Shown here: positions 41,989-52,591 of the stretch, in pieces
Layout: each line of letters starts with the position of its first letter
Numbering within the stretch: the first letter of the stretch is position 1
From: Acidobacteriota bacterium
GTDB lineage: Bacteria > Acidobacteriota > UBA890 > WLXD01
Direction: 5' to 3'
Length of the DNA: 64,000 nt
Assembly (NCBI GenBank): GCA_963666215.2
Contig: CAXWPL010000003.1
Span: 320,001 to 384,000 of the forward strand
The notes under the pieces: generated by a model
Databases searched by the model: none
The model's input: the letters and a program-made list of their open reading frames with translations, nothing else
Told to the model about the DNA's origin: nothing
Made by a program: the position numbers and the translations under genes

Positions 41989-44813
41989 CTAGAAGATGAT
42001 CCGGAACCCGAGACGGATGTTCCGCGGGAAGCGGAGCCGCCTGATTCTCTCGAAGTCGAGCTCGCCGCTGAACGGATCGTCTTCCCTGACCACGCGCGTT
42101 GGAGTGGCCGCGTTGAACAGGTTGAAGACATCGATGCCGGCGGCGATGCTGAAATCGTTGACCCGGAAGATCTTCTCGGCGCGCAAATCAACGTTGCTCT
42201 GGTTGGGCAACCGTCGCGAACCACGCGGCTCGCCGAAGACCGTGATGCTACGACCGTTCGAACGCACGCCGCGGAAGTTCACCTCACGCGTGTAGACCTG
42301 ACCCGACTGGAACCAGTAGAAGAACCCGGCGTCGATGTCGAGCGGCAGTCTGAACGAGCCGATCACCTTGATGTTGTGGGGATGATCGTCCTCGAGAGGC
42401 CCGAAGGCGTTAATGTGCTGGTTCGGGTTCGTCCACAGGTTCGATGGTCCGAGTGCCGAGCCACGACCGTTCTCGAATGCGGTGTCGTCGGTGCCCTCCG
42501 TCTTGCTGTAGAAGTACGAGCCGGTGAGCTGCCAGTTGTTCGAGAAGCGCTTCTCGACCGTCAGGCCAACACCCCAGTACTTGCGCGACTGCTCGAATGT
42601 GTCGAACGGAAAGCCCAAGTTGAGGTTGCTCGGGGTGGTGATCAGGATCTCTGACTCGTTGGCATTGAGCTGATCGAAGAAGTTGTACGTCGTACCGGTG
42701 ACCGGATCCGTCGCCTCCACCCTTCCGAACACGCCGTTCGTCAGGATCTTGTCGAGGAACCCCTCGTTTCGACGCACGATCCCGGTGAGCTCGACCGACA
42801 CGTCGTCGGCCACCTGATGCTCGACGGCGACACTGAACTCGCGGAAGTACGGCATCTCGATGTCGGGATCGATCGGGTCGCCAGGCAATCTGAACTCGGT
42901 CTCGACGATCTCGAAGTCCCCGATGTCAGGATTCCACTCCGAGAACTGGAAGAGCCGCTCACCAGGCGCCAGGTACATGCTGGTGATCAGCTGTGAGTAG
43001 TACTTGCCGTAGTGCACCTTGAAGGCCGTCGTGCCATCACCGGTGATGTCGTAGGTCAGACCGAACCGTGGGGCCAAGCCCATCTTGGGCTCGAACAGGC
43101 AGCCGTGGTCGACGGTGAGCGCCGGGAAGCCGGTGACGGCGTCCTGGACCGACTGGCCACACCCCTGCCACCAATTGATGCGCACACCCGGATTGATCGT
43201 CACGCGATTGCCGGCGAACGTCCAGGCGTTCTGCAAGAAGCCGGAAACCTGGCGGTTCTCAGGCTGGTCGTCCTGCGCCGGGGTCTCGTAGCGATACAGC
43301 GGCTCGCCGCCGTAGTCCACGTAGTAGGCACCCATGATGTAGCCGGTGAACGTGCGCGTCGGCGACACGTCAACCTGAACGCCAGTCTTGAAGTCGTGCG
43401 ACCCGTTCAGGAACTCATCGGCGTAGTGGCTCAGAGCCACGTTGACCTGATAGCGGTTCCTGGTGCGGTCGAAGAAGAAGCCCGGGCTCTCCGATAGGAC
43501 TCCCGTGACCAGGTCGAAATGCCCTGCCGGCAGAAGATTGCTCGGGTCGGTGTCGGGGTGGATGTCTTTGGCGCCCGGGCCATCGGCGCGGTCGGCGTCG
43601 ACGAACGCGGAGTGCACCTCAACCAGCGTCGTGTCGGAGAACACCTTCAGGTAATCGAGCATGAAGATGCGCCACAACCCGTACGGCGCCAGCGTGGCTT
43701 CCGGGGTGATGAATGCATCGGCCGGATCGAGAGCGTCTTCCTTCTCCCACGAGATCTGGCCCGTCACGCGATCGGTCGTCGACGCCTGCCAGGTGAGCTT
43801 GGCGAGGAGCTGATTGCGGTGGGCAAAGCCTTTCGTGCCGCCAGAAAGCTCGGTGGCGAAGTTCCGCACACTTCGCCGGAACGAGCCGTAGCCCCACAGC
43901 TTGTCCTTGGCGAGCGGGCCACCCACGTCGAGATGCCACTGGTGCTCGTTGTCGAGGTCGCGCCTGAACTCGGGGTCGTCAGAGTTCTGCGTGGTGAAGC
44001 TGTCGAGACGGAAGAAAATGTTTCCCTGACCGTGGAGCTCGTTGCTGCCCGACTTGGTGACCAGGTTCATCACCAGGCCGTTGTAGCCGCCGACCTCGGC
44101 CGGAGCGCCGATGCCGCCGAAGTTGACCTCGGCGACGTTGTCGAAGTCCATCTGGAGCTCGACTTCACCACCCTCGGAGCTGTTGACATTCACGCCGTCG
44201 AAGGAGAACTGAGCGCCATTCTTGGTGCCGCCGAACTGGGATCCGCCGCGGCCGGTGACGCCGCCCGCTCTATCCGAGCTCCCGACGGTGGCGCCAGGGG
44301 CCATCCCCAGCAGGTCTGTGGCACCAGCGTTCGTGCGCGCCGACGGCAGACCCTGGAAGTAGTCCGCGGCCATGGTGGTCTGTACCGCAGACGAGCCCTT
44401 GACGTCAATGAGCGGTGCCTCGCCCATGACGGTAACGGTCTCTTGAACGCCGAGCCGCATCTGGAAGTTGGCGGCCATCCTCGAGCCGATGGACACCCGA
44501 ATGCCCCCGAGGGCCTGCGAGATGAACCCGTTAAGCGAGGCCTCGACGCTGTAGCTGCCGAGCGGCGTAGCCGGGAAGCGGTACCTGCCATCGGCACCGG
44601 TGACCGCAGTGCGAGTGTCGCCAATCAAGGCTGGCGAGGCGAGAGTTATCGTCACTCCAGGAAGAGCGACGCCGTCGACGTCGGTCACGGTGCCCTCGAT
44701 CGTGCCGTACCGGCCCGTAGCCTGCCCGTAGCCTGCCCGTAGGCGGCGAACGGGAGTGCGGCTACGAGAACGAGAGCGAGCATCGAAAAAGCTCGTGCTC
44801 AGGTTGTTCGCAT
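41989..44813 (-). pseudogene. Oar-like TonB-dependent receptor with a disrupted signal-peptide region
   Basis: Carboxypeptidase-regulatory-like domain (GVALPGVTITL..GRYRF), plug (NLVTKSGSN) and C-terminal RLGFRIIF. After the AAAGGAG RBS the sequence reads ATG CGA ACA ACC TGA, and an 11-bp duplication at 44713-44742 shifts the frame. Confidence 0.8.
44713..44742. repeat. 11-bp tandem repeat GCCCGTAGCCT, 2.7 copies
   Basis: gcccgtagcct-gcccgtagcct-gcccgtag read directly from the sequence. Confidence 0.85.
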
Positions 44814-44814
44814 A

Positions 44815-45546
44815 TCAGTTCCTCTCCTTTGAGGGTGCGACCATGACATGTGCGGTTCCATCTCTATTGGGGATGTTGGCCCAGGGTGCGTCCAGTACTT
44901 CCCGGTACGTCGTCGAGCGGTTGATTTCCAGAATCTCGAGCGCGCTGTCGAAATCACCCTCTTCAATGGCATCGAGGATTTCACTGTGCTCACGGATTGA
45001 GTCTTCCCACTCCGCGATGTTCGAGAAGGCCCAGATTTCGAGGCGATTCACCAGGCTGCGCATCTCGTCGAGCATCCGCCGCAGCCGTCGATTGCTGCTT
45101 CCCGCCGAGAGCAGGTGGTGGAAGTGATTGTTGCACTCGATGCCAGCGGGCATGTCGGCGCTTTCGAACGCCTGCGAGTAGCGCGCGTTGGCGTCGCGCA
45201 GCTCCATCAGCGCGGCGGCATCGAGATGCGGTAGCGATTCCTTGCCGGCAAGAACCTCGAGAGCGCACAAGATCGGGTAGAACTCCACCAAATCGGCGAC
45301 GGAGTCCTCGGGAACTCTGAACCCACGATGCGGAATGCGTTCGAGGAAACCCTCCGTCGCGAGTCTCCCGAGAGCCTCGCGAACCGGGGTGCGGCTCACG
45401 CTGAGCTTGTCGCTGACATCCTGCTCTCGAATGAACTCACCGGCGTCGACTTCGCGCGACAGTATGCGGTCTCGCAGCACCGTGTACACCTGGTCGGTGA
45501 GGGTTGAGCTCGTTACCGAAGGCCAGCTTCCACTCATGTTGGGCAT
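44815..45546 (-). CDS. GntR-family (FCD) transcriptional regulator
   Basis: LTDQVY..LRDRI, wHTH LSVSRTPVREALGRL, FH..L..S.N, EHSEILDAI. Confidence 0.9.
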   Translation of the reverse strand: MPNMSGSWPSVTSSTLTDQVYTVLRDRILSREVDAGEFIREQDVSDKLSVSRTPVREALGRLATEGFLERIPHRGFRVPEDSVADLVEFYPILCALEVLAGKESLPHLDAAALMELRDANARYSQAFESADMPAGIECNNHFHHLLSAGSSNRRLRRMLDEMRSLVNRLEIWAFSNIAEWEDSIREHSEILDAIEEGDFDSALEILEINRSTTYREVLDAPWANIPNRDGTAHVMVAPSKERN

Positions 45547-45553
45547 TTCATAC

Positions 45554-45568
45554 TGTATTCTGCATACA
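45554..45568. promoter_or_regulatory. Putative GntR operator
   Basis: AT-rich inverted repeat TGTAT-tctgc-ATACA immediately upstream of the GntR start. Confidence 0.5.
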
Positions 45569-45655
45569 AAAGCAATGGCTGGCCTCCAATCAGCGCGTAC
45601 TGGGCGATCATGGGCAGACGCGGCTCGGGGGGCAAAAGTGGGGCAAAGCTTGGCT

Positions 45656-47995
45656 ATGAGGGCGTGGGCGAACAGGCCGTGGGTCCGTTTTGCTGGGCTT
45701 CTTTCGCTAGCTGCAGTCGCGGCCGTGGTCTCGCTGCTGTGGCTCGGCGAAGGCAACAGCGACTTCGTTTCACTGCGTGGTGATACGCGCCTCAACGTAC
45801 TGGTCATCACCATCGATACGCTGCGGGCCGACCGGCTCCCGGCGTACGGCTTCACCGGTGTGCAGACACCCACGATGAACGCTCTGGCGTCTCGGGGCGT
45901 CCTGTTTCGTCGCGCCTCCTCCACCACGCCGCTGACCTTGCCGGCGCACACGACGATCTTCTCGGGCACCTATCCACCACACCACGGCGTGCGCGACAAC
46001 GGCGGCTTCATCGTCCCGGAAAGCCTCACGACGCTGGCCGAGCTGCTGCACGATCGCGACTACGCCACCGCCGGTTTTGTCGCCGCCTACGTGCTCGACG
46101 CGCGATGGGGTCTCGACCAGGGCTTCGATACGTACGTCGACGATTTCGACGTGGGAGGCGAGCGCATCATTGCGATGGGCGGTGTTCAGCGGCCCGCCAA
46201 CGAAGTCGTCGACAGCGCCCTCGAATGGCTCGACACCGAGGCCACAGGCAACGCGCCGTTCTTCTTGTGGACCCATCTGTACGATCCGCACGCTCCATAC
46301 GAGCCGCCCGAGCCGTACCGTTCGCTCTACCCGGGGCAGCCGTACCTGGGCGAGATCGCCTTCACCGATTCACAGATCGACCGACTGCTCGACGGCCTTC
46401 GCGCCCGCGGCGATCTGAACAACACGATTGTCGTGCTGGCCGCCGATCATGGCGAGAGCCTGGGCGAGCACGGCGAGACCCAGCACGGCTTCTTCATCTA
46501 CGAGGAGGCGACACACGTGCCGCTGATCTTCTCGGTTCCGTACGCCCAGCTCCATGGCATCGAGAGAAGCGAAGTGGTTTCGCTGGCCGACATCATGCCG
46601 ACGGTGCTCGAGATGATCGGGGTCGAAGCTCCTGCCGAGATCCAGGGCAAGAGCCTCCTTCCCCTGTTTGCCAGAGACGGAGCCCAAGCCGGTGGCGTAC
46701 CCGAGCCGCGCTATGTCTACTCCGAGAGCTACTACGCGCGCTACCACTTCGGCTGGAGCGAGCTCGCGGCGATTCAGGACGGGCGCCACAAGCTCATCAT
46801 CTCGCCGGAACCGGAGCTCTACGACCTCGTGGTCGATCCGGACGAGGCCAACAACCTGCTGGATGGCAGCGCCAGCAACGCGCTGTACGCCCGTATGAGT
46901 GCCGACGCCGATCGCCTGATTGCCGAGCTCGGAGTCGGCGCAGCGGGCGCGGCTCCGAGCCAGCTCGACGGCGACACACGCGCGAAGCTGGCGAGCCTCG
47001 GTTATCTGGGCAGCTTCCAGGCCGACGACGACGGTACCGAGCTCGAGAGCCCGCGGGCGAAGATCGGTATTTACAACCGCTCGATCGAAGCTCGACAGCT
47101 CATGCAGCGTGAGCGCTACGACGAAGCCGAGGCGCTTCTACACGAGATCATCAACGAGGATCCGCGGGTGATCGACGCGTACACGAGCCTGGGTGAGCTG
47201 TACACCCAGCAGCAGAGCTACGAGCAGGCTGCCGCCGCCTCCCGCGCTGCCATCGCGCTGAAGCCGACCGATCCCTACGCGCACACCTTTCTGGCGGAGT
47301 CAGAGATCGCCCTCGGGCGCCTCGACGACGCGGAGCGGACGGCGCTGGGGGCACTCGAGTTCATCGAAGACGCGCCGCAGATCTACCACCTGCTCGGTGA
47401 GATCAAGATGCGCCAGCAGAACTACCCGCGCTCAGTCGAGTACTTCAACCAATGCCTGTCGCTCAACCCTGACTCGTCTCCCGCGTTCGCCGGACTCGCC
47501 GCCGTCAAGCTGCTAATGGGCGATCCGGCCAGCGCCGAGCAGCACGCCCGGCGCGCGCTCGACATCAACGCCACCGCCCCCGGAGTCCACTTCACACTGG
47601 CGCAGGCGCTGGCGCGGAATGGTCGGCCCGAGGAAGCGATGGTGGAGTATCAACGCCAGCTCGAGGACAAACCCCAGCACATCGGCGCTCTCTTCAACCT
47701 GGCGATGTACCACCGCGAGAACGAGCGGGAGAGTGAAGAGGAGCAGTATCTGGCGCGCGTTCTGGAAGTCGATTCCGAGCACGCTCTCGCCAACCTCTTC
47801 ATGGCGCGCATCCTCATGCGCCGGGGCCAGGAGCTCGGGCGAGCGCTGCAGATGGTCAAGGCAGCTGTCGCCCAGTCACTCGAGCGTCGCGATCTGACGC
47901 TGGGCCACTTCCTCCTGGCCGACTTGTACAACCGCCTGGGGCAGCCCGAGCTTTCGCTCGAGCACGCTCGACGAGCGGAGGCGCTGCGACGCTGA
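45656..47995 (+). CDS. Sulfatase-like domain plus C-terminal TPR repeats
   Basis: NVLVITIDTLRAD, PLTLPAH, HLYDPHAPY, ADHGESLGEH, ELYDL..DP.E, LASLGY, then TPRs. Confidence 0.88.
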   Translation: MRAWANRPWVRFAGLLSLAAVAAVVSLLWLGEGNSDFVSLRGDTRLNVLVITIDTLRADRLPAYGFTGVQTPTMNALASRGVLFRRASSTTPLTLPAHTTIFSGTYPPHHGVRDNGGFIVPESLTTLAELLHDRDYATAGFVAAYVLDARWGLDQGFDTYVDDFDVGGERIIAMGGVQRPANEVVDSALEWLDTEATGNAPFFLWTHLYDPHAPYEPPEPYRSLYPGQPYLGEIAFTDSQIDRLLDGLRARGDLNNTIVVLAADHGESLGEHGETQHGFFIYEEATHVPLIFSVPYAQLHGIERSEVVSLADIMPTVLEMIGVEAPAEIQGKSLLPLFARDGAQAGGVPEPRYVYSESYYARYHFGWSELAAIQDGRHKLIISPEPELYDLVVDPDEANNLLDGSASNALYARMSADADRLIAELGVGAAGAAPSQLDGDTRAKLASLGYLGSFQADDDGTELESPRAKIGIYNRSIEARQLMQRERYDEAEALLHEIINEDPRVIDAYTSLGELYTQQQSYEQAAAASRAAIALKPTDPYAHTFLAESEIALGRLDDAERTALGALEFIEDAPQIYHLLGEIKMRQQNYPRSVEYFNQCLSLNPDSSPAFAGLAAVKLLMGDPASAEQHARRALDINATAPGVHFTLAQALARNGRPEEAMVEYQRQLEDKPQHIGALFNLAMYHRENERESEEEQYLARVLEVDSEHALANLFMARILMRRGQELGRALQMVKAAVAQSLERRDLTLGHFLLADLYNRLGQPELSLEHARRAEALRR

Positions 47996-48073
47996 CAGCG
48001 AGTGGTGCCCGTGCGGCGGCCTGGCGAACCAGGCGTGCGGCGCGCGCGTGACCCCGTCGGCGAAACACCGGCG

Positions 48074-49966
48074 CTATTGCGCGGCGACCGCCCGCCGCGC
48101 AATCACACCCCGCCGCTCGTCGACCACGAGCCAGCCGCCGCTGCCGATCTGGACGGCATCGAGCACGGTGGAGCTGCCGCTGGGCCAGCGGATCTCGACG
48201 CGATCGGCGCGACCACCTGGCAAAAACACCGACAACCGTGGATCGTTGCTGCCCAGGTAACCGTCGCTGTGGCGCAGCTCGAACAACTGCTTGGTGTCGC
48301 CTGCTTCGACGATCACCTGTGCCCCGTAGGCGTCGCGGCTGCCGTCGCGCGCGACCAAACTGAGGCGCAACGCGGGCCACACCATCTCGCCGTCGTTGAC
48401 CAGCAGGTCGGGCGAGTCGTTGAGGTTGGTGACGATCAAATCGACGTCACCGTCGTTGTCGTAGTCGGCGAGGGCGGCGCTCCGCGACACGGCAGCAAGG
48501 TCGAGCCCGTTCGCGGCTCTGTCGACCCGTTCGACGTCGGCAACACCCCCCTCTCCCGCGACCTCGCCCGGCTCGACCCACTCGACGAAAGCCGCCGTAC
48601 CCGACTCCGCCAGCTGATTGAGGAACAGCAAATTGCGCTGCCGGTAGGTGTCGAGCTCGACGGGGTCCACGCCAGGCTGGAAGGGCGACTCCATCGAAGA
48701 CGCGGCGCCGAGGTTGGCAGCATCGAGCCGGTCGACTTGAGGATAGATGTGGCCGTTGGCAACGAAGATGTCCTGATCGCCGTCGCCATCAATGTCGACA
48801 AACAACGTGCTCCAGCCCATGTACGGGATGGTTGCCGCGCCGATTCCGAGCGGCTCGCTGACGTCTTCGAAGCTACAGCCCCCGACGTTGCGATAGAGCG
48901 TGTTGTGATCGTGCTGGAAGTTCGACACCACCAGGTCGAAGTCCATGTCGCCATCGAAGTCGGCGGCAGAGACACCCATCCCTGCCTGCGCAACCCCGCC
49001 CCCACTGAGGCCCGCACCACTCAAGAAAGACCAGTCGTCAAGCACGACATCGGCGTCGTAGCGGTACAACAGATTGATCGTGGAGTCGCTGGCAACATAG
49101 ATGTCGGGCCGGTGGTCGCCATCGCAATCAGACGCCAACAGCGCGAACCCGAAGGTCTCCTCGGGATCCACATCCGCCCCCGGCCAGCGCTCAAAGCTGC
49201 CATCACCTCGATTGCGGTACAGAATATCGCGCTCGCCGCGAAGTCCGCGCGGACCACAGAACACCTCGATCCCGCCGAGGTAGTGGCACGGCCCCAGCGC
49301 CTCCGGATCCTTCAGGTTGGAGCCTTCGACATCGACATAGTTGACCAGGTAGAGATCGAGGTTGCCGTCGGAGTCCCAGTCGGTGAAGACGGCGCTGGCA
49401 CCCCAGCCCGGGTCTTCGACGCCTGCCGGCCAGGGCACGAACGTGCCGTCGCCGTTGTTGCGGTAGAGCCGATTCTCGCCAATCGCGGTGACGTACAAAT
49501 CGACGAACCCGTCGTTGTCGACGTCGGCTGCCGCAACACCGTTGCCCCAGGCACGATCGGCGGCGCCGGCGACGCTGGCGACGTTCGTGAAACGTCCGCG
49601 GTGGTTCCTCTGGAGCCGATGCCCGCCCGGATGTAGCCCCTGGGAGCTGTCTGCAAGCGCCGCCGCCGTCGCCTCTACCGGCTCGTTGGCTGGCCCTTCG
49701 ATCCCGTTCACGAGGAACAGGTCAACCCAACCGTCGCGGTCATAGTCGAGCCAGGCCGCACCAGAGCCGCCCATCTCGGTGATCAGACGCTTGTCCGGGC
49801 CGCCATAAACGTTGACGAACTCGATTCCCACCGCCACGGTAGCCGCGCGCAGACGGACGGGCCGCCGCGTGGACTGTGCGTCGGCGGCCGGCGACACACA
49901 CGCCACAGCCAACGTCAACGCACCGTGGACAACGACGCGCCGCGACCAGGAGAAGGAGGCAAGCAT
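48074..49966 (-). CDS. CRTAC1/ASPIC-UnbV family FG-GAP repeat protein
   Basis: D.D.DG..DL repeats, AGMGV..ADFDGD, SRSAALADYDNDGD, VEIRWPSG. Confidence 0.88.
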   Translation of the reverse strand: MLASFSWSRRVVVHGALTLAVACVSPAADAQSTRRPVRLRAATVAVGIEFVNVYGGPDKRLITEMGGSGAAWLDYDRDGWVDLFLVNGIEGPANEPVEATAAALADSSQGLHPGGHRLQRNHRGRFTNVASVAGAADRAWGNGVAAADVDNDGFVDLYVTAIGENRLYRNNGDGTFVPWPAGVEDPGWGASAVFTDWDSDGNLDLYLVNYVDVEGSNLKDPEALGPCHYLGGIEVFCGPRGLRGERDILYRNRGDGSFERWPGADVDPEETFGFALLASDCDGDHRPDIYVASDSTINLLYRYDADVVLDDWSFLSGAGLSGGGVAQAGMGVSAADFDGDMDFDLVVSNFQHDHNTLYRNVGGCSFEDVSEPLGIGAATIPYMGWSTLFVDIDGDGDQDIFVANGHIYPQVDRLDAANLGAASSMESPFQPGVDPVELDTYRQRNLLFLNQLAESGTAAFVEWVEPGEVAGEGGVADVERVDRAANGLDLAAVSRSAALADYDNDGDVDLIVTNLNDSPDLLVNDGEMVWPALRLSLVARDGSRDAYGAQVIVEAGDTKQLFELRHSDGYLGSNDPRLSVFLPGGRADRVEIRWPSGSSTVLDAVQIGSGGWLVVDERRGVIARRAVAAQ

Positions 49967-50045
49967 GCGAGGGTATTCTTCTCGAAACCGATTTCATGAA
50001 CTGGGCTTGCAGAGAGATCGAACCCCGATCTTATAAGGAGGCTGT

Positions 50046-51014
50046 TTGGTAGCGACGGTCCGGATCGGCGTGGTCGGCTGGGGCGACATCGCCCGCGACC
50101 ACGCATCGCACTTCGCGGCTGCCGGCGCCGAGCTCGCCGGTGTTGTCTCGCGTCGGGACGCCCACCACCTGAGGGTGGGCGCTGACGTCGCGGTCTACCG
50201 TCGACTCGCCGACATGCTGCCGCACGTCGACGCCATCACCGTCGCCGTCCCGAACCATCTACATGGGCCCTGCTGCCTCGAGGCCGTGCGCGCCGGCAAG
50301 CCGGTGCTGGTCGAGAAACCGATCGCCATCGACGTCGCTCAGCTCGACGAGCTCGAATCAGCATTCGAGTCGCTGCGAGCGCCGGTGCACGTAGGCTACA
50401 GGCTGCGCTGGAACCCCAGCATGATCGAGCTTCGCGAGCGCATCCGCGCGGCCGGCAACGTGCGGCGTATCCGCTGCGTCTATCGACTCGGCATCGATCA
50501 GCTCGCCGACGGCAAAGACTGGACCCGACGGCTCGAGACCACGGGGGGTGCTTTCTTCGCGCTCGGTGTTCACACGCTGGACTTGGCACGCTGGCTCGCC
50601 GACGCGGGAAACTCGGCGCTGGCCGACCTCAGCGCGACCGCCCGTCATCGCGATGACACCGCCGACTTCCCGCTCGACGTGCGGCTCTCAGGACGGCTGC
50701 CGAACGGAATCGAAATCACCGCCGGTACCGACTTACGCGGCGATGCCGATTCGACCATCGAGCTCGAAGTCGACGGCGGCAACAAGGACAGCCCGATCTC
50801 GATCTATCCCAATCCCACGCTGGCACAACCCGTGCCCTCTGATGAGCCGGTGGAATATGCTGGCCTCATCTCGAACTTCGTCGCAGCCACGCGCAACCAG
50901 AGCGTGAACCTGGAAGACGTGAAGGCCACCGTGCAGACGCATCGCGAGCTGCTGGCCGCCCGCGAGCTCGCCGATTCTACCGAGCCCGCTCAGCGGGCAG
51001 CGACATGCACATGA
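50046..51014 (+). CDS. Gfo/Idh/MocA-family oxidoreductase
   Basis: RIGVVGWG.IA, AVPNHLH, VLVEKP, GVHTLD; TAAGGAGG RBS. Confidence 0.85.
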   Translation: MVATVRIGVVGWGDIARDHASHFAAAGAELAGVVSRRDAHHLRVGADVAVYRRLADMLPHVDAITVAVPNHLHGPCCLEAVRAGKPVLVEKPIAIDVAQLDELESAFESLRAPVHVGYRLRWNPSMIELRERIRAAGNVRRIRCVYRLGIDQLADGKDWTRRLETTGGAFFALGVHTLDLARWLADAGNSALADLSATARHRDDTADFPLDVRLSGRLPNGIEITAGTDLRGDADSTIELEVDGGNKDSPISIYPNPTLAQPVPSDEPVEYAGLISNFVAATRNQSVNLEDVKATVQTHRELLAARELADSTEPAQRAATCT

Positions 51015-52486
51015 CCCGGACGATCTCGATCGCCGTTTGTTGCCTCATGGGTGCCCTGGGAGGCCCACCACCGGGCTACGGGCTGGCGGCGCCCACCACC
51101 GCGACCCAGCAGGTGGCCGGACTGCCGGACGCGCGCCGGGCACTCGCCGAGGGTCGGGTCGAAGAAGCCACCGCTTCGCTGCGCCGGCTCGCCGACGAGC
51201 ACCCGAGCTCGGCGCTGGTTGCGCTGTGGCTCGGCCACACGCTTCGGCGAGGCGGCGCCCGTCCGGGCGCCTCTCGTGAGTACCTGCGCGCGTTGGAGAT
51301 CCGCCCCGACACCACCGGCGCGCTCATCGCGCTCGGCGATCTGCAGCAGGACGCCAGCGATCTCGCCGGCGCGCTGGGCTACTACGAACACGCCGTCGAG
51401 CTCGCGCCCGAGCTGCCGGTCGTACACCGCAAGGCCGCCGCCGTGGAGGTTCGCCGCGAGAATCACGGCCCCGCGGCGCGCCACCTGGAACGCTACGTGG
51501 AACTGCTACCGAACGACGGTGAGGCACTTACGGTCCTCGGCATCGAGCGCTACCTCAACGAAGAGCTGGATGCGGCGCTCGAGTCGCTGGAGCGCGCGCT
51601 CGCGATCGACCCCGACAACGCGCAGGCCCACTTCGGCGTCGGACTCGTGCTCGCCGACCGGCCCGCGGAGCACGTACGCTCTCTCGAGCATCTGCGCCGC
51701 GCCGCAGCGGCCGACCCCGACAACCCCACAGCGCACTACCTGATAGGACGCGTGCTCGCAGCCCAGGGCGAGCTCGACCCGGCCCTGGCGGCTCTGCAAC
51801 GCGCCCTCGAGCTGGCGCCCGAGCTGCCCGACGCTCACTACAGAATCGCGCTGGTGTACGCCCGATTGGGAGATCGCGAAGCGGGCCGCCGGCACCAGGA
51901 TCTATTCAACGAGCTGGAGCAGCAGCAGGATGCAGCGGCAGAGCGTGACCGCCGCGTTGGCCTGCTGCAGCAAGCGCTCTCTCTGGCCGCCGCCGAGGCG
52001 GATATGCAAGCGGTGCGCGACGCGGCCGCAGCGCTCATCGCTGCCGACCCCGACGACCCCGACGTGCTGGCGGTGCTGGCGCGCGTAGCGCTCGCCGAAG
52101 GCGACATCGAAGGTGGCCTGCGCGCCACCACACGAGCGCTCGAAGCCCAGCCCGACCACTGGGAAGTGCTGTACCTCCACGGCCTTCTGCAGCACAGCTC
52201 GGGTCGATCGGCGGAGGCTCGGGCGAATCTGGAGCGCTCGCGCCAGATCAGCCCGCTCTACGCCCCAACACACGCCGCTCTCGGCAATGTGCTCATGCAC
52301 ATCGGTCAACCGAGAGACGCGCTACCCGCCTACGAGACGGCGGTCCGGCTCGCGCCCGACAACGCGGCCTACCATCTGAACCTCGCCACCGCGTACGGCC
52401 GACTCGGCATGGCCGAGCAGGAGGCGGCCGCGATGGCCACGCACAAGCGCCTGCTCCGCGAGCCTCGCTCGAGCGAACCGCGCTGA
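51011..52486 (+). CDS. Secreted TPR-repeat protein
   Basis: Signal peptide and many 34-aa TPR units (ALE..PD...AH..LG). Confidence 0.85.
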   Translation: MTRTISIAVCCLMGALGGPPPGYGLAAPTTATQQVAGLPDARRALAEGRVEEATASLRRLADEHPSSALVALWLGHTLRRGGARPGASREYLRALEIRPDTTGALIALGDLQQDASDLAGALGYYEHAVELAPELPVVHRKAAAVEVRRENHGPAARHLERYVELLPNDGEALTVLGIERYLNEELDAALESLERALAIDPDNAQAHFGVGLVLADRPAEHVRSLEHLRRAAAADPDNPTAHYLIGRVLAAQGELDPALAALQRALELAPELPDAHYRIALVYARLGDREAGRRHQDLFNELEQQQDAAAERDRRVGLLQQALSLAAAEADMQAVRDAAAALIAADPDDPDVLAVLARVALAEGDIEGGLRATTRALEAQPDHWEVLYLHGLLQHSSGRSAEARANLERSRQISPLYAPTHAALGNVLMHIGQPRDALPAYETAVRLAPDNAAYHLNLATAYGRLGMAEQEAAAMATHKRLLREPRSSEPR

Positions 52487-52591
52487 TCGCGCTGTCGCCT
52501 CTCTCTCGCCGGCGCACCTCGTCGGCGCACTCCCGCCGGCGTAGGCCGCCGACCTCGCATGTAACGAGCGCCGCCGTCAGCTCGTCGCGGC

